From NCBI GenBank assembly GCA_021324975.1, contig JAJPIA010000101.1, forward strand, positions 13,924 through 77,923: 64,000 nt of DNA, written 5' to 3'. This DNA comes from Bacillota bacterium (GTDB lineage: Bacteria; Sysuimicrobiota; Sysuimicrobiia; Sysuimicrobiales; Segetimicrobiaceae). Under the pieces are notes generated by a model that worked only from the letters and a program-made list of their open reading frames with translations, did not search any database and was not told the origin of the DNA. Positions 46,482 to 56,722 of this stretch are shown here, in pieces (the first letter of the stretch is position 1; the number at the start of each line of letters is the position of its first letter). The position numbers and the translations under genes are program-made.

Positions 46482-48107
46482 TTACCCCTTCTTAAGAGAC
46501 GCACCGTGGAAGAAAACGTTCGTTGCCGACCAGTCGAGCACCACGCCGTCGAGGCGGTTCTTCTGATAGGCGAAGAGATTAAGCGGGTCGGCGTACCCGA
46601 TCATCACGGACTCCCGCAGCGTCTTCATCTGGATCTGGGAGTAGAGTTGTTTGCGCTTCGCGAGATCCGTGGTGGCGGCCGCCTGGTCGATCAGCTTGTC
46701 CATCTCGGCGTTCTTGTAGCGGTTCCGGTTCGTCCCGCCGTCGGCGTTCTTGGAGTACAGCAGGATGCGCACGACGTCGGGATCCGTGTCGGGCTCCCAC
46801 CAGAACTGCAGGTTGTGCTGGCCGACGCGCACCGCCGAGAAATAGCCGCCCTGGGACAGGCCGTGGAGGTTGATCTTGATCCCGATCTGCGCGTACATGC
46901 TCTGGAGAAACGTCGCCATGGCCGTGAAGTCGGAGTTGTCGGCGCGGTAGTAGAGCTCGAGCGCGAGGTCCTGTCCGCCCTTCTGGCGCACGCCCCCGGA
47001 ACCCATCTTCCAGCCGGCCTCGTCCAGCACGGCCCCGGCCTGCTTGGGATCGTACCGGTAGACATTGCGCGTGGCGGGATCGTACCCGAACGTCGACGCC
47101 GTGAGGATGCTGCTGGCCGGCTTGAACACGCCCTGCCACACCGCCTTGATCATCGCGGTCTTGTCGATGCCCCACTGCAGCGCCTGCCGGACGCGGACGT
47201 CGTCGGTCGGCGGCTTCGTGACGTTGATCATCATCGTCCAGCCCGAGCCCGTCATGAGGCCCTGGAGCAACTGCAGGTTCGGGTCCCGCTGGACGTTCTG
47301 GTACTCCTGGGTCGGCACGTCCTGCATGATTTGGACCTCGCCGGACTTGAGCGCGGCGAGCCGGGTCGACGACTCCGGGATGATGCGGTACGTGATCGCA
47401 TCGAGGTACGCCGGTCCCCGGGTCTTGAAGATCGACGGCGCCCATCGATAGTCCGGGTTGCGGACCATGCGCACCGCGCTGTCGGTCGTGTAGGAATCGA
47501 ACTTGAACGGGCCCGTGCCAACGGGGTGCGTGCCGAAGTCCTTGCCGTACTTCTTGACCGCGTCCGGCGACACGGGCGCGAGCAGCGATTGCGCCACGGA
47601 GCTCAGAAACGGGGCGTACGGGTCCTTGAACTTGACCACCACCGTGTACGGATCGACGACCGTGCTGCTGTCGTACGGCCCGATCGCCGAGAACGCCGAC
47701 TGCGACTTCAAGCTGGGATCCACGATGCGGTCGAACGTGAACTTGACCGCCTCGGCCGTGAACGCGGTGCCGTCGTGGAACTTCACGTCGCGCCGGAGGT
47801 GGAAGGTGTACTGGGTGGCGTCCGCGTTGACCTCCCATCGCTCGGCCAGGCCGGGCACGAACGTCCCGGCCTTGGACTCCCAGACGAGCGGGTCGAAGAT
47901 ATGGTAGGCCATGCGCGCCACGTCGGAAAACGTCGTGATGTTGGGATCCAGCGTGTCGAACTTGTTGGTGAGGCCATAGAACAGCTCCCCGCCCTGGGCG
48001 CCCGCCGCCCGGGCGCGGCCGCTTGTGCCGGCGACCCCGCCAAACCCCATCGCGAGGCCGGCCGCGGCCGCGCGCACGAACGACCGCCGCGACATCCGGG
48101 CCGGCAT
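46482..48107 (-). CDS. ABC transporter substrate-binding protein, family 5, Tat-signal
   Basis: MPARMSRRSFVRAAAAGLAMGF twin-arginine signal followed by an SBP_bac_5 body. The track ORF 46482..49211 is a read-through artefact. Confidence 0.85.
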   Translation of the reverse strand: MPARMSRRSFVRAAAAGLAMGFGGVAGTSGRARAAGAQGGELFYGLTNKFDTLDPNITTFSDVARMAYHIFDPLVWESKAGTFVPGLAERWEVNADATQYTFHLRRDVKFHDGTAFTAEAVKFTFDRIVDPSLKSQSAFSAIGPYDSSTVVDPYTVVVKFKDPYAPFLSSVAQSLLAPVSPDAVKKYGKDFGTHPVGTGPFKFDSYTTDSAVRMVRNPDYRWAPSIFKTRGPAYLDAITYRIIPESSTRLAALKSGEVQIMQDVPTQEYQNVQRDPNLQLLQGLMTGSGWTMMINVTKPPTDDVRVRQALQWGIDKTAMIKAVWQGVFKPASSILTASTFGYDPATRNVYRYDPKQAGAVLDEAGWKMGSGGVRQKGGQDLALELYYRADNSDFTAMATFLQSMYAQIGIKINLHGLSQGGYFSAVRVGQHNLQFWWEPDTDPDVVRILLYSKNADGGTNRNRYKNAEMDKLIDQAAATTDLAKRKQLYSQIQMKTLRESVMIGYADPLNLFAYQKNRLDGVVLDWSATNVFFHGASLKKG

Positions 48108-48275
48108 GTCGCAGCGCCGGGGCTCCTCCTCAGATCGACCGGTGCGCATTGTCATCTGCCCCACCCTCCCCGTCGTTCTTCCGCGATCTCGCGACCGCGC
48201 CGGCGCACGCCCGCCCGGCCGGAACTCTCGCCGTTCTCTTCGAATAAAGAGGGGCGATGTCCTCGGAGGTGCCCT

Positions 48276-49397
48276 ATGCGGAACTCGGTGCTTCGAATCG
48301 GCGTGCTGGGAGCGGGCAACTGGGCGCGCGCCGCGCATGTTCCCGGGTGGCGGCGCGATCCGCGCGCCGAGGTCGCCGTGATCTGCGACCCGGAGGTGGC
48401 GCGCGCCCGGGACCTCGCGGCGCAGTTCGCGATCCCCGAAGCGGCGGCGGACTGGCAGGGCGTCGTCGGCCGTTCGGACCTCGATGTGATCGACATCGCG
48501 ACGCCGTCCCACACCCATCTGGAGCTGGCGCGGGCGGCAATCGAGGCGGGGAAGCACGTCCTGTGTGAAAAGCCGGTCGCCTACGACTTCCGGCAGACCC
48601 GCGACCTGGCCGCGCTCGCCCGCCGGCGGGGTCTCAAGACAAAGCTCGGCTTTACGTTCCGATACAGCCCCGGCGTCCTGTACGCCAGGTCCCTGCTGGA
48701 CGAGGGCTTTGCCGGCCGGCCGTTCGTGTTCAACGGATACGAGCAGAATTCGCAGTGGCTCGACCCCGCGGTGCCGCTCCGTCAGGTCGATCACACCGCG
48801 GATCAGACGGCGCTCAGGACGTCGTCGCTCGAAGGGTACGGCGCGCCGATCATCGACATCGGGCACTGGTGGGTCGGCGCGGACTACACCCGCGTGGTCG
48901 GCACGATGCGCAACTTCATCTCCGAGCGCGTCGTGCGCGCGACCGGCCGCATGATGCGGATGAACATCGACGACGGCGACATCTTCATCGGGGAGTACGC
49001 CAACGGCGCCATCGGCTCGATCCAGACCAGCTACGTCACGATCGGCAACTACCCCGGCGTGGAGGCGCGGCTCTACGGTGAGCGGGGCGCCGTCATCTGC
49101 CGGCTGGTGGAGGAGGCCGGCGTCGCGGAGACGATCAGGACCGCGACGCCGGACGCGGTCGAGTTCAACGTGCTGGAGATCCCGCAGCGATTCTACCCGC
49201 CGGGCGGCCACCCGCGCGAGTCGTGGCGCTCGCTGTTCTATGCCAACCTCATCCGGGACTTCATCGACGAGATCCGCGCCGGCGGGGCGCGCAACCAGGG
49301 CAACTTCGAGGACGGCGCGTGGGTTCAGGAAGTGATCAACGCGGTCGAGCGCTCGTACCGCGAGGCCCGGTGGGTCTCGCTGCCGCTCGAGGCCTGA
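48276..49397 (+). CDS. Gfo/Idh/MocA family oxidoreductase
   Basis: LRIGVLGAGNWARAAHVPGW Rossmann N-terminus plus EKP (CEKPVA). A GGAGGTG RBS lies upstream of the ATG at 48276. Confidence 0.85.
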   Translation: MRNSVLRIGVLGAGNWARAAHVPGWRRDPRAEVAVICDPEVARARDLAAQFAIPEAAADWQGVVGRSDLDVIDIATPSHTHLELARAAIEAGKHVLCEKPVAYDFRQTRDLAALARRRGLKTKLGFTFRYSPGVLYARSLLDEGFAGRPFVFNGYEQNSQWLDPAVPLRQVDHTADQTALRTSSLEGYGAPIIDIGHWWVGADYTRVVGTMRNFISERVVRATGRMMRMNIDDGDIFIGEYANGAIGSIQTSYVTIGNYPGVEARLYGERGAVICRLVEEAGVAETIRTATPDAVEFNVLEIPQRFYPPGGHPRESWRSLFYANLIRDFIDEIRAGGARNQGNFEDGAWVQEVINAVERSYREARWVSLPLEA

Positions 49398-49401
49398 GCC
49401 G

Positions 49402-51135
49402 GTGCCGGCCGCCGCGTTCGCCTCGTGGCTCGACCGCTTTCTGAGCGCCCACTACCGGTATCATCCTGTCAACGCCACGTTCATCGGCGTGCATGGGTAC
49501 GACGACCGGCTCCCCGACTACTCGGCGGCCGGCGTGGACGAGGCGGCGTCCGCGGCGGACGCACTGCTGCGGGGGCTGCGCGCGCTCCCGGAGGAGCCGC
49601 TCGGGAACGCCGAGGCGATCGACCGCCGCCTCGCCGTGGGCGTGCTCGCGATCGAGCGCTGGGAGCGGGAGTCCGCGCATTTTCACCGCGGCAACCCGTG
49701 CGTGTACACGGGCGAGGCCGTCTTCGGCGTGATCGGCCTCATGCTCAGGCCGTTTCGTCCGCTCAACGAGCGGCTCGAGTGCGCCACGGCGAGGCTCTCC
49801 GCGATCCCAGCGTTCCTCGAGCAGGGACGCCGCAACGTCCGTGAGGCGCCGTCCGCGTGGATCGACCGTGCGCTTCACGAGTGCGCCGGCGCCCGCTTTC
49901 TGCTGGTCGACGGGATCGATCTCTGGATCCGCGACGCGGGGATCGCGGCGCCGGCCCTGCGCCGGGCCGCCGAACATGCGACGGAGGCGTTCGCTGCGTT
50001 CCAGCACTACCTCGAAACGGACCTCCGCGCGCATGCGAGCGAGCAATACGCGTGCGGTCCCGACGCGCTCGCGCTGCTCCTCCGCTGGGGGCACTGTCTC
50101 GACCGGAGCGCGGACGAAATCGCGGCGTACGCCGAAGAGCAGATCGCCGCCCGCGAGCGCGCCCTGGCCGGCGGCGCCGCCGCGCTCGGCGCACCATCGC
50201 CCCAGGCAGCACTGGCGCGGCTGCTCGACCGCCACCCGTCCGGGGACGCGTACTACGCCCGCTTTGGCGTGATGTGGCGCGACGCCCGCGACGCCGCCCT
50301 GGCGCGGGACCTGGTGACGTGGCCGGAGTACCCGATCCGGTACGTGCCGCAGCCGCGTTGGGCGCGCGCCGCGGCGCCGTACCTCTACTTCATTCCGTAT
50401 CGCTCACCGGCGCCGTTCGACGCGGTCCCGATCGTAGAGTACCACGTCGCGCCGGTCGAGCCTGCGATGCCGGAGGCCGAGCAACTCCCGCGGCTGCGCG
50501 CCGCGAACGACAGCGTCATCAAGCTGAACCACGTGATCCATCACGGCGGGCTCGGCCATCACGTCCAGAACTGGTACGCGTACCGGGCGGCGTCGCGGAT
50601 CGGCCAGATCGCCGCCGTCGACTGCGCCTCGCGCATCGCGATGCTTGCCGGCGGCACCATGGCCGAAGGGTGGGCCTGCTACGCCACCGACCTGATGGAT
50701 GAGGTCGGGTTTCTCGACCCGCTGGAGCAGCTCGCGCACCGTCACGCGCGGCTCCGGCACGCCGTCCGGGCGCTCGTGGACGTCCGCCTGCACCAAGGCG
50801 CGCTCACCCTGGACCAGGCGATCGCCTGGTATCGGGACCGCGTGGGTCTGTCACCCGACGCCGCGCGCGCCGAGGCGGTGAAGAACAGCCTGTTCCCGGG
50901 AGCGGCGCTGATGTACCTCGTTGGCACGGACATGATTCACGCACTCCGCGGCGAGCTGTCCCGTGCGCCGGGCTTCACGCTTCGGGCGTTCCACGACCGG
51001 CTCCTCTCGCACGGCTCGGTGCCCGTCGCGCTCGCCCGGGCCCACATGCTGCGGGCGGACGGCGCCGGCAACGTGGCGCCCGGGGCGGGACCCGCGGGTC
51101 CCGCGGTCAGTAGTGCGCGCCTCCGTCCGTCGTGA
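49402..51135 (+). CDS. DUF885 family protein
   Basis: Length and the conserved region VIHHGGLGHHVQNWYAY...EGWACYATDLMDE fit the DUF885 (M32-like) family as I remember it. GTG start. Confidence 0.65.
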   Translation: MPAAAFASWLDRFLSAHYRYHPVNATFIGVHGYDDRLPDYSAAGVDEAASAADALLRGLRALPEEPLGNAEAIDRRLAVGVLAIERWERESAHFHRGNPCVYTGEAVFGVIGLMLRPFRPLNERLECATARLSAIPAFLEQGRRNVREAPSAWIDRALHECAGARFLLVDGIDLWIRDAGIAAPALRRAAEHATEAFAAFQHYLETDLRAHASEQYACGPDALALLLRWGHCLDRSADEIAAYAEEQIAARERALAGGAAALGAPSPQAALARLLDRHPSGDAYYARFGVMWRDARDAALARDLVTWPEYPIRYVPQPRWARAAAPYLYFIPYRSPAPFDAVPIVEYHVAPVEPAMPEAEQLPRLRAANDSVIKLNHVIHHGGLGHHVQNWYAYRAASRIGQIAAVDCASRIAMLAGGTMAEGWACYATDLMDEVGFLDPLEQLAHRHARLRHAVRALVDVRLHQGALTLDQAIAWYRDRVGLSPDAARAEAVKNSLFPGAALMYLVGTDMIHALRGELSRAPGFTLRAFHDRLLSHGSVPVALARAHMLRADGAGNVAPGAGPAGPAVSSARLRPS

Positions 51136-52123
51136 TCTTGCCCGCCAAGATCCGGTACGCCACGGCCTGATACACGATCACGAGCGCAACGCCCGGTAGC
51201 AACCAGGAGGCGGCGGCGACGAGCCCCGCCGTCGACGCCGCCGAGTTGACGATCGTCAGGCCCCGCTCAGGGAACGGATGGGACGGCAGGAGGTACGGGT
51301 ACACGCCGATCGCGGTGGCCGCGAGCAGTGCCGCGATCAGGCCCGCGGACGCGACAAACGCCGTTCCGTGGCGCCGGCGCCCGTGCGCCCGGAACATGGC
51401 CACCACGCACCAGCCGCCGGCCAGCGGCACCACGGCCCAAATCGGATGCGCGCCGTAGTTCGCGAGGATGCCGGGGCGGAGCGCGAACGTGGCGATCGTC
51501 AGGACGACGACGAGCATGGCGACGATGCCCCACAGCCGTCCCGCCGCGCGGTGCACGCGCTCGTGCAGCGCGCCGTCGGTCCTGAGGCACAGGTAGTACG
51601 CGCCGTGCAGCATCAGGAGCGCCAGGCTGAACACGCCCATCAGCAGCGCGTAGGGGTTGAGCAGCGACTCGAGCAGTCCCTGGAACCACCCCTGCGAGTC
51701 GATCGCCACGCCGCTCACGATATTGCCGACGGCAACGCCGTAGAGCACGGTGAGGAGCAGGCTGCTGACGGAGAACACGACGTCCCACGCGCCCTGCCAC
51801 ATGGGGTCCGCGATGTGATGGCGAAACTCCAGCGCGATCCCGCGGCCGGCCAGCAGCCACAGCACCAGCATGAAGGGCAGATAGAAGCCGCTGAACCCGA
51901 CGGCGAACGCGCGCGGGAACGCCAGCAGCGCGCCGACGCCGACGCCGAGGAGCCAGACCTCGTTCGCGTCCCAGACCGGACCGATGGCGTTGAGGACCGC
52001 GCGCCGCTCGGCGTCGTTGCGGGCGACCGCCAGGTGGATCGCGCCCACGCCGAGGTCGAAGCCGTCGAGCACCGCGTAGGCCACGACCATCCCCGCCAGG
52101 ACGACAAACCAAAACGTCGCCAT
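51107..52123 (-). CDS. cydB: cytochrome bd ubiquinol oxidase subunit II
   Basis: MATFWFVVLAGMVVAYAVLDGFDLGVG is the canonical CydB start; the ATG overlaps the cydA stop (ATGA). The track shows it inside a 605-aa junk-extended ORF. Confidence 0.85.
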   Translation of the reverse strand: MATFWFVVLAGMVVAYAVLDGFDLGVGAIHLAVARNDAERRAVLNAIGPVWDANEVWLLGVGVGALLAFPRAFAVGFSGFYLPFMLVLWLLAGRGIALEFRHHIADPMWQGAWDVVFSVSSLLLTVLYGVAVGNIVSGVAIDSQGWFQGLLESLLNPYALLMGVFSLALLMLHGAYYLCLRTDGALHERVHRAAGRLWGIVAMLVVVLTIATFALRPGILANYGAHPIWAVVPLAGGWCVVAMFRAHGRRRHGTAFVASAGLIAALLAATAIGVYPYLLPSHPFPERGLTIVNSAASTAGLVAAASWLLPGVALVIVYQAVAYRILAGKITTDGGAHY

Positions 52124-53460
52124 CAGCACCCGGCCTCCGGCCGTGGCTCGGTGGGCCCGCGAAGCACCATCAACATCGCGAGAAACACGGCCAGCACACC
52201 GAGCAGCGCGTACAGCCCCGCAAATCCGAGCACCGTGAAGATCGTCTCGCCCGCCTCCACGTTCGGGGAGGCGCCCGCGGCCGTCCGGAGCAGGCCGTAC
52301 ACCAGCCACGGCTGCCGGCCGACCTCCGTGACCACCCACCCCGCCTCGTTGGCGATGTAGGGAAACGGCAGCAGCAGCAGCAGGATCCAAAGAAACCACC
52401 GGCTGGCAAACAGGACGCCGCGCCACCACAGGGCCGCGCCGAGGAGCAAGGCCGCGATCAACAACGTGCCGAGCCCGACCATGATGTGATAGGCGTAGTA
52501 CGTGAGCTGTACCAGCGGCCAGGTGTCCTGCGGGTAGTCGTTGAGGCCCCGGACCTCCGCGCGGAAATTGCCGTACGCGAGATAGCTCAGCGCGTCCGGG
52601 ACGAGCACGGGGTCGAGCAGGCGGCGTTGGGTGGTCGACGGCATCCCGATGATGGCCAGCGGCGCACCGTAGCGGGTCTCGAACAAGCCTTCCATGGCGG
52701 CGAGCTTTACGGGCTGGTAGGCGGTGATGTTGCGGCTGTTCATGTCGCCCGTCGGGAAGAGCTGCGTCAGCGCCGCCACGGCGCCGACGCCGACCCCAAG
52801 CCCCACGGAGAGTCGCCCGAACTCGAGATGATGGCCGGCGAGCAGATAGTAGGCGCCGATGGAGGCCATCACCACCGCGGCCGAGAGCACCGCGCCGTTC
52901 AGGACGTGCGCGTACTGCCACCACAAGAAGGGGTTGCCGAGCAGTGCTCCGAGGCTCGTCATCTGGACGGTGCCGTCAGGTGCGATCTGGTAGCCCACGG
53001 GATGCTGCATCCACGCGTTGGTGGCGGTGACGAAGAGTCCGGAGAGCCACGCGCCGGCGGCCACGAGCACCGCGGCCGTCCAGTGGACCCGGGGGGAGAC
53101 GCGCCCCTCCCCGAACAGCAGGATCCCGAGAAATGTCGACTCCAGGAAGAACGAGAAGACGGCCTCGAGCCCCAGCGTCTGCCCGATGACCCCGCCGGCA
53201 AAGACCGAAAACTGCGCCCAGTTCGTCCCGAACTGGAACTCCATCGGGATCCCGGTGACGACGCCCACCGCGAAGTTGAGCGCAAAAATGCGTGTCCAGA
53301 ACCGCGCCGCGACGGCATACCGCTCATCGCCGCGGCGGAGATGCAGCGTCTTGAGGACGACGATCAACGGCGCGAGCCCCATCGTCAGGATCGGGAAGAG
53401 GTAGTGGAACATGATGGTGAAGGCAAACTGGATGCGATCCGCGATGACGGTGTCGGTCAT
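52123..53460 (-). CDS. cydA: cytochrome bd ubiquinol oxidase subunit I
   Basis: MTDTVIADRIQFAFTIMFHYLFPILTMGL and Q-loop motifs. Confidence 0.9.
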   Translation of the reverse strand: MTDTVIADRIQFAFTIMFHYLFPILTMGLAPLIVVLKTLHLRRGDERYAVAARFWTRIFALNFAVGVVTGIPMEFQFGTNWAQFSVFAGGVIGQTLGLEAVFSFFLESTFLGILLFGEGRVSPRVHWTAAVLVAAGAWLSGLFVTATNAWMQHPVGYQIAPDGTVQMTSLGALLGNPFLWWQYAHVLNGAVLSAAVVMASIGAYYLLAGHHLEFGRLSVGLGVGVGAVAALTQLFPTGDMNSRNITAYQPVKLAAMEGLFETRYGAPLAIIGMPSTTQRRLLDPVLVPDALSYLAYGNFRAEVRGLNDYPQDTWPLVQLTYYAYHIMVGLGTLLIAALLLGAALWWRGVLFASRWFLWILLLLLPFPYIANEAGWVVTEVGRQPWLVYGLLRTAAGASPNVEAGETIFTVLGFAGLYALLGVLAVFLAMLMVLRGPTEPRPEAGC

Positions 53461-53579
53461 GGGATCCCCCGGACGCCGGGCTCGGCCGCACCGGCTTTCG
53501 ACGACGCCCAGAACGATACCCCCGCGCCGGCACCGACGTCCTGGGCGGACGCGCGGCGTGGGCGGATTGAGCTCGGCGC

Positions 53580-54968
53580 CTACAGCGCCTTGACGATCTC
53601 CTCGGTCATCTTCTTCGCGTCGCCGAAGAGCATCATCGTGTTGGGCTTGTAGAAGAGCCCGTTGTCGATGCCCGCGTACCCGGGCGCCAGGGACCGCTTG
53701 ACGAAGAGCACGGTCTTGGCGCGATCCACGTCCAGGATCGGCATCCCGTAGATCGGGCTCGAGGGGTCGTCCCGCGCCGCCGGATTGGTAATGTCATTCG
53801 CCCCGATCACGTACGCCACGTCCGTCGCCTGAAACTCGGAGTCGATCTGTTCGAGCGCGAACACCTCGTCGTACGGCACGTTGGCCTCCGCCAGCAGCAC
53901 GTTCATGTGCCCCGGCATGCGCCCCGCGACGGGATGAATGGCGTAGGCGACGTGGACGCCGCGGCGCTTCAGGGCTTCCGCCATGTCGCGGACCGCGTGC
54001 TGCGCCTGGGCCACCGCCATGCCGTAGCCCGGGACGATGATCACGGAGGACGCGTTTTTGAGGATGAACGCGGCGTCCTCCGCGGACCCGGCCGTGACGG
54101 CCCGGTCCGCGGCGCGCACCGCCTGCGCCGCCGCCTCTCCGCCAAACCCGCCGAGGATGACGCTCAGAAACGAGCGGTTCATGGCACGGCACATGATGTA
54201 GCTCAGGATCGCGCCCGACGAGCCCACCAGCGCGCCCGTGACGATGAGCGCGGAGTTCTCGAGCGTGAAGCCGATGCCGGCCGCCGCCCATCCGGAGTAG
54301 CTGTTCAGCATGGAGATGACGACCGGCATGTCGGCTCCGCCGATGGGCGCCACGAGCGTGACGCCGAGCACCAGCGCCAACAGCGTCACCACCCAGAAAA
54401 CGTCGGTCGACGGCGTGTGCACGAAGGTGCCGAGGAGCAGGACGATGATCGCGCCGATTACGACGTTGAGGGCATGCTGGCCCCGAAACACGACCGGATC
54501 GCCTGAGATGATGCCCTGGAGACGCGTGAAGGCGACGATCGAACCCGTGAACGTCACGGCCCCGATGACGACGCCGAGCGACATCTCGACGCGGCTCGGC
54601 GTCCGAATCTGTCCCAGGGCATCGACGATGCCGTAGGCGGCGGGGTGATAAAACGCCGCGGCCGCGACGAGCACCGCCGCCAGGCCCACGAGACTGTGGA
54701 ACGCCGCAACGAGCTGCGGCATCGCGGCCATCTTGATGCGAAACGCGATGACGAGGCCCGCGGCGCCGCCGGCGGCGATCGCGAGCGCCATCTCACCGTA
54801 CGCCGCGGTCCGCGCGCCGAGCACCGTCGTCAGGATGGCGACGGCCATGCCGATGATCCCGAAGACGTTGCCCAGCCGCGCCGACTCCGGGTTCGACAGC
54901 CCGCGAAGCGCGAGGATGAACAGGACGGCGGAGGTCAGATAGAGGAGGGCCGCGAGGTTGGCCGGCAT
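53580..54968 (-). CDS. pntB: NAD(P) transhydrogenase subunit beta
   Basis: TM N-terminal half plus the C-terminal NADP(H)-binding domain (IIVPGYGMAVAQAQH...GANDITNPAA). Confidence 0.9.
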   Translation of the reverse strand: MPANLAALLYLTSAVLFILALRGLSNPESARLGNVFGIIGMAVAILTTVLGARTAAYGEMALAIAAGGAAGLVIAFRIKMAAMPQLVAAFHSLVGLAAVLVAAAAFYHPAAYGIVDALGQIRTPSRVEMSLGVVIGAVTFTGSIVAFTRLQGIISGDPVVFRGQHALNVVIGAIIVLLLGTFVHTPSTDVFWVVTLLALVLGVTLVAPIGGADMPVVISMLNSYSGWAAAGIGFTLENSALIVTGALVGSSGAILSYIMCRAMNRSFLSVILGGFGGEAAAQAVRAADRAVTAGSAEDAAFILKNASSVIIVPGYGMAVAQAQHAVRDMAEALKRRGVHVAYAIHPVAGRMPGHMNVLLAEANVPYDEVFALEQIDSEFQATDVAYVIGANDITNPAARDDPSSPIYGMPILDVDRAKTVLFVKRSLAPGYAGIDNGLFYKPNTMMLFGDAKKMTEEIVKAL

Positions 54969-54980
54969 CGACCCGCGGCG

Positions 54981-55277
54981 CTAGGGCTTGCGCTTGCGGA
55001 ACATCACCAGCATTCGCTGGGTGACGGCGAAGCCGCCGAAGATGTTGACCGCGACGAGCGCCGTTGCCACCAGCCCGAGAATCTTGGATTGCGTCATCGC
55101 GGCCGGCGCCGCGGCGATCAACGCCCCCACGATGATGACCGAGGAGATCGCGTTGGTGACCGACATCAACGGCGTGTGGAGCGCGGGGGTCACGCTCCAG
55201 ACCACGTAATAACCGACGAACACGGCGAGCACGAAGATCGAGAGCTGGAAGACGAGGGGATCAACGGCCCCCTGCAC
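54981..55277 (-). CDS. NAD(P) transhydrogenase subunit alpha part 2 (membrane)
   Basis: 98 aa with three TM helices, lying between pntAA and pntB. Confidence 0.85.
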   Translation of the reverse strand: MQGAVDPLVFQLSIFVLAVFVGYYVVWSVTPALHTPLMSVTNAISSVIIVGALIAAAPAAMTQSKILGLVATALVAVNIFGGFAVTQRMLVMFRKRKP

Positions 55278-56439
55278 GGCTCAGCTCCTTCTCGCCCGTA
55301 AATGACGGATGCACCACGGCGCCGTCCCTGGTCAGGAGGGTTGCCCGGACCACCTCGTCCGTGGTATCGATCCGGATCTGCCCCGTCTCCTTATCCACCA
55401 GGGGCGTGAGAAAGTGCAGCAGGTTCCTCGCGTACAGCGACGAGGCGTCCGTCGCGACGCGGCTCGGCCAGTTCGTGTACCCGATGATCGTCACGCCGTG
55501 GGCCTCGACGACCTCGTCGGGTTTCGAGAGCATGCAGTTGCCGCCCGTTTCCACGGCGAGGTCCACGACCACCGCGCCCGGCCGCATCTCCGCCACCATT
55601 TCCTCGGTCAACAGCACGGGCGCCCGGAGGCCGGGCACCTGAGCGGCCGTGACCACGACGTCGGTGCTCCGGAGCACCTCGCGAACCAGCGCCGCCTGCT
55701 TGCGCTGAAACTCGGCGCTCATCTCGCGCGCATACCCCGCCGCGGTCTCGGCGGAGCGCGCTTCCTCGTCGTCGACCATCAAAAATCGCGCCCCCAGACT
55801 CTCCACCTGTTCCTTCGTCGCGGGCCGGACGTCCGTGGCGGACACGATCGCCCCCAGCCGCCGCGCGGTCGCAATCGCCTGCAGGCCGGCGACCCCCGCG
55901 CCCATGACGAGCACGCGGGCCGGTACCAACGTGCCGGCCGCGGTCATCATCATGGGGAACGCCCGGCCGAGCGCGGCGGCACCGGTCAGCATCGCCTTGT
56001 AGCCGGCGAGATTGGCCTGCGAGGACAGCGCGTCCATCGCCTGCGTCCGCGTGATCCGCGGTAGCAGCTCGAGCGCGAACGCCGTCAGCCGGCGCGCCGC
56101 ATAGGCGCTGAGCGCCTGCGGGTCCTGATACGGCGCGAGCAAACCGATGAGCACGGTGCCTTCCCGCAGCAGCGCGAGATCATCCGGTGTCCCCCCACTC
56201 CCACGCAGCGGCGGCCGCACCCGGAGGACGACGTCCGCGGGGCTCACGGCGGCCTCGGGTCCGTCGGCGAGGGTAGCCCCCGCGTCGCGGTAGTCGCCGT
56301 CGGGAAAGCACGCCCCCGCACCCGCTCCGGTCTCGACAATCACCTGGTGCCCCGCGGCCGCGAGCTTTTTCACGGTGTCGGGTGATGCCGCCACCCGGCG
56401 CTCGCCGCCGGTTCGCTCTCTTGGAACCCCAATCCTCAC
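55261..56439 (-). CDS. NAD(P) transhydrogenase subunit alpha part 1 (AlaDH/PNT domain)
   Basis: MRIGVPRERTGGERRVA followed by the NAD-binding VLVMGAGVAGLQA motif. GTG start. Confidence 0.9.
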   Translation of the reverse strand: MRIGVPRERTGGERRVAASPDTVKKLAAAGHQVIVETGAGAGACFPDGDYRDAGATLADGPEAAVSPADVVLRVRPPLRGSGGTPDDLALLREGTVLIGLLAPYQDPQALSAYAARRLTAFALELLPRITRTQAMDALSSQANLAGYKAMLTGAAALGRAFPMMMTAAGTLVPARVLVMGAGVAGLQAIATARRLGAIVSATDVRPATKEQVESLGARFLMVDDEEARSAETAAGYAREMSAEFQRKQAALVREVLRSTDVVVTAAQVPGLRAPVLLTEEMVAEMRPGAVVVDLAVETGGNCMLSKPDEVVEAHGVTIIGYTNWPSRVATDASSLYARNLLHFLTPLVDKETGQIRIDTTDEVVRATLLTRDGAVVHPSFTGEKELSRAGGR

Positions 56440-56722
56440 CGCTCAGATCCTCCCGCCCGATGCGCGCTCGCATTCGGCGCCCACATCCGCCATCGGGCTC
56501 CCGTCCCGTGGGCCCGCACACTCTACGTCATGCCACTCCGAACCGTTCCACAGGACATGCCTCAGACGGCCGCGCTGGCGTTCGGGGCTCGCATCGCGGG
56601 GACGGAACGACGCCCGGCGCTGCCGCCGGGACCATCTTCATCTTACCGCACGCCCCATCACTCTGCAAACCCATGCAGTACAAGGCTTTCCGCGCGTCAG
56701 GACGCGCCCTCGTCCCCGCGCC

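Noticed and set aside
46482-49211. 909-aa minus-strand ORF
   Set aside because: Only the portion from the Tat-signal ATG at 48107 downward is the substrate-binding protein. The upstream 370 codons are antisense to the MocA gene and compositionally junk.
45387-49397. 1336-aa plus-strand ORF spanning the ABC-transporter genes
   Set aside because: The translation is Arg/Gly/His/Asp-rich low-complexity sequence antisense to three clearly homologous minus-strand genes. Only its last about 373 codons (48276-49397, Gfo/Idh/MocA) are real.
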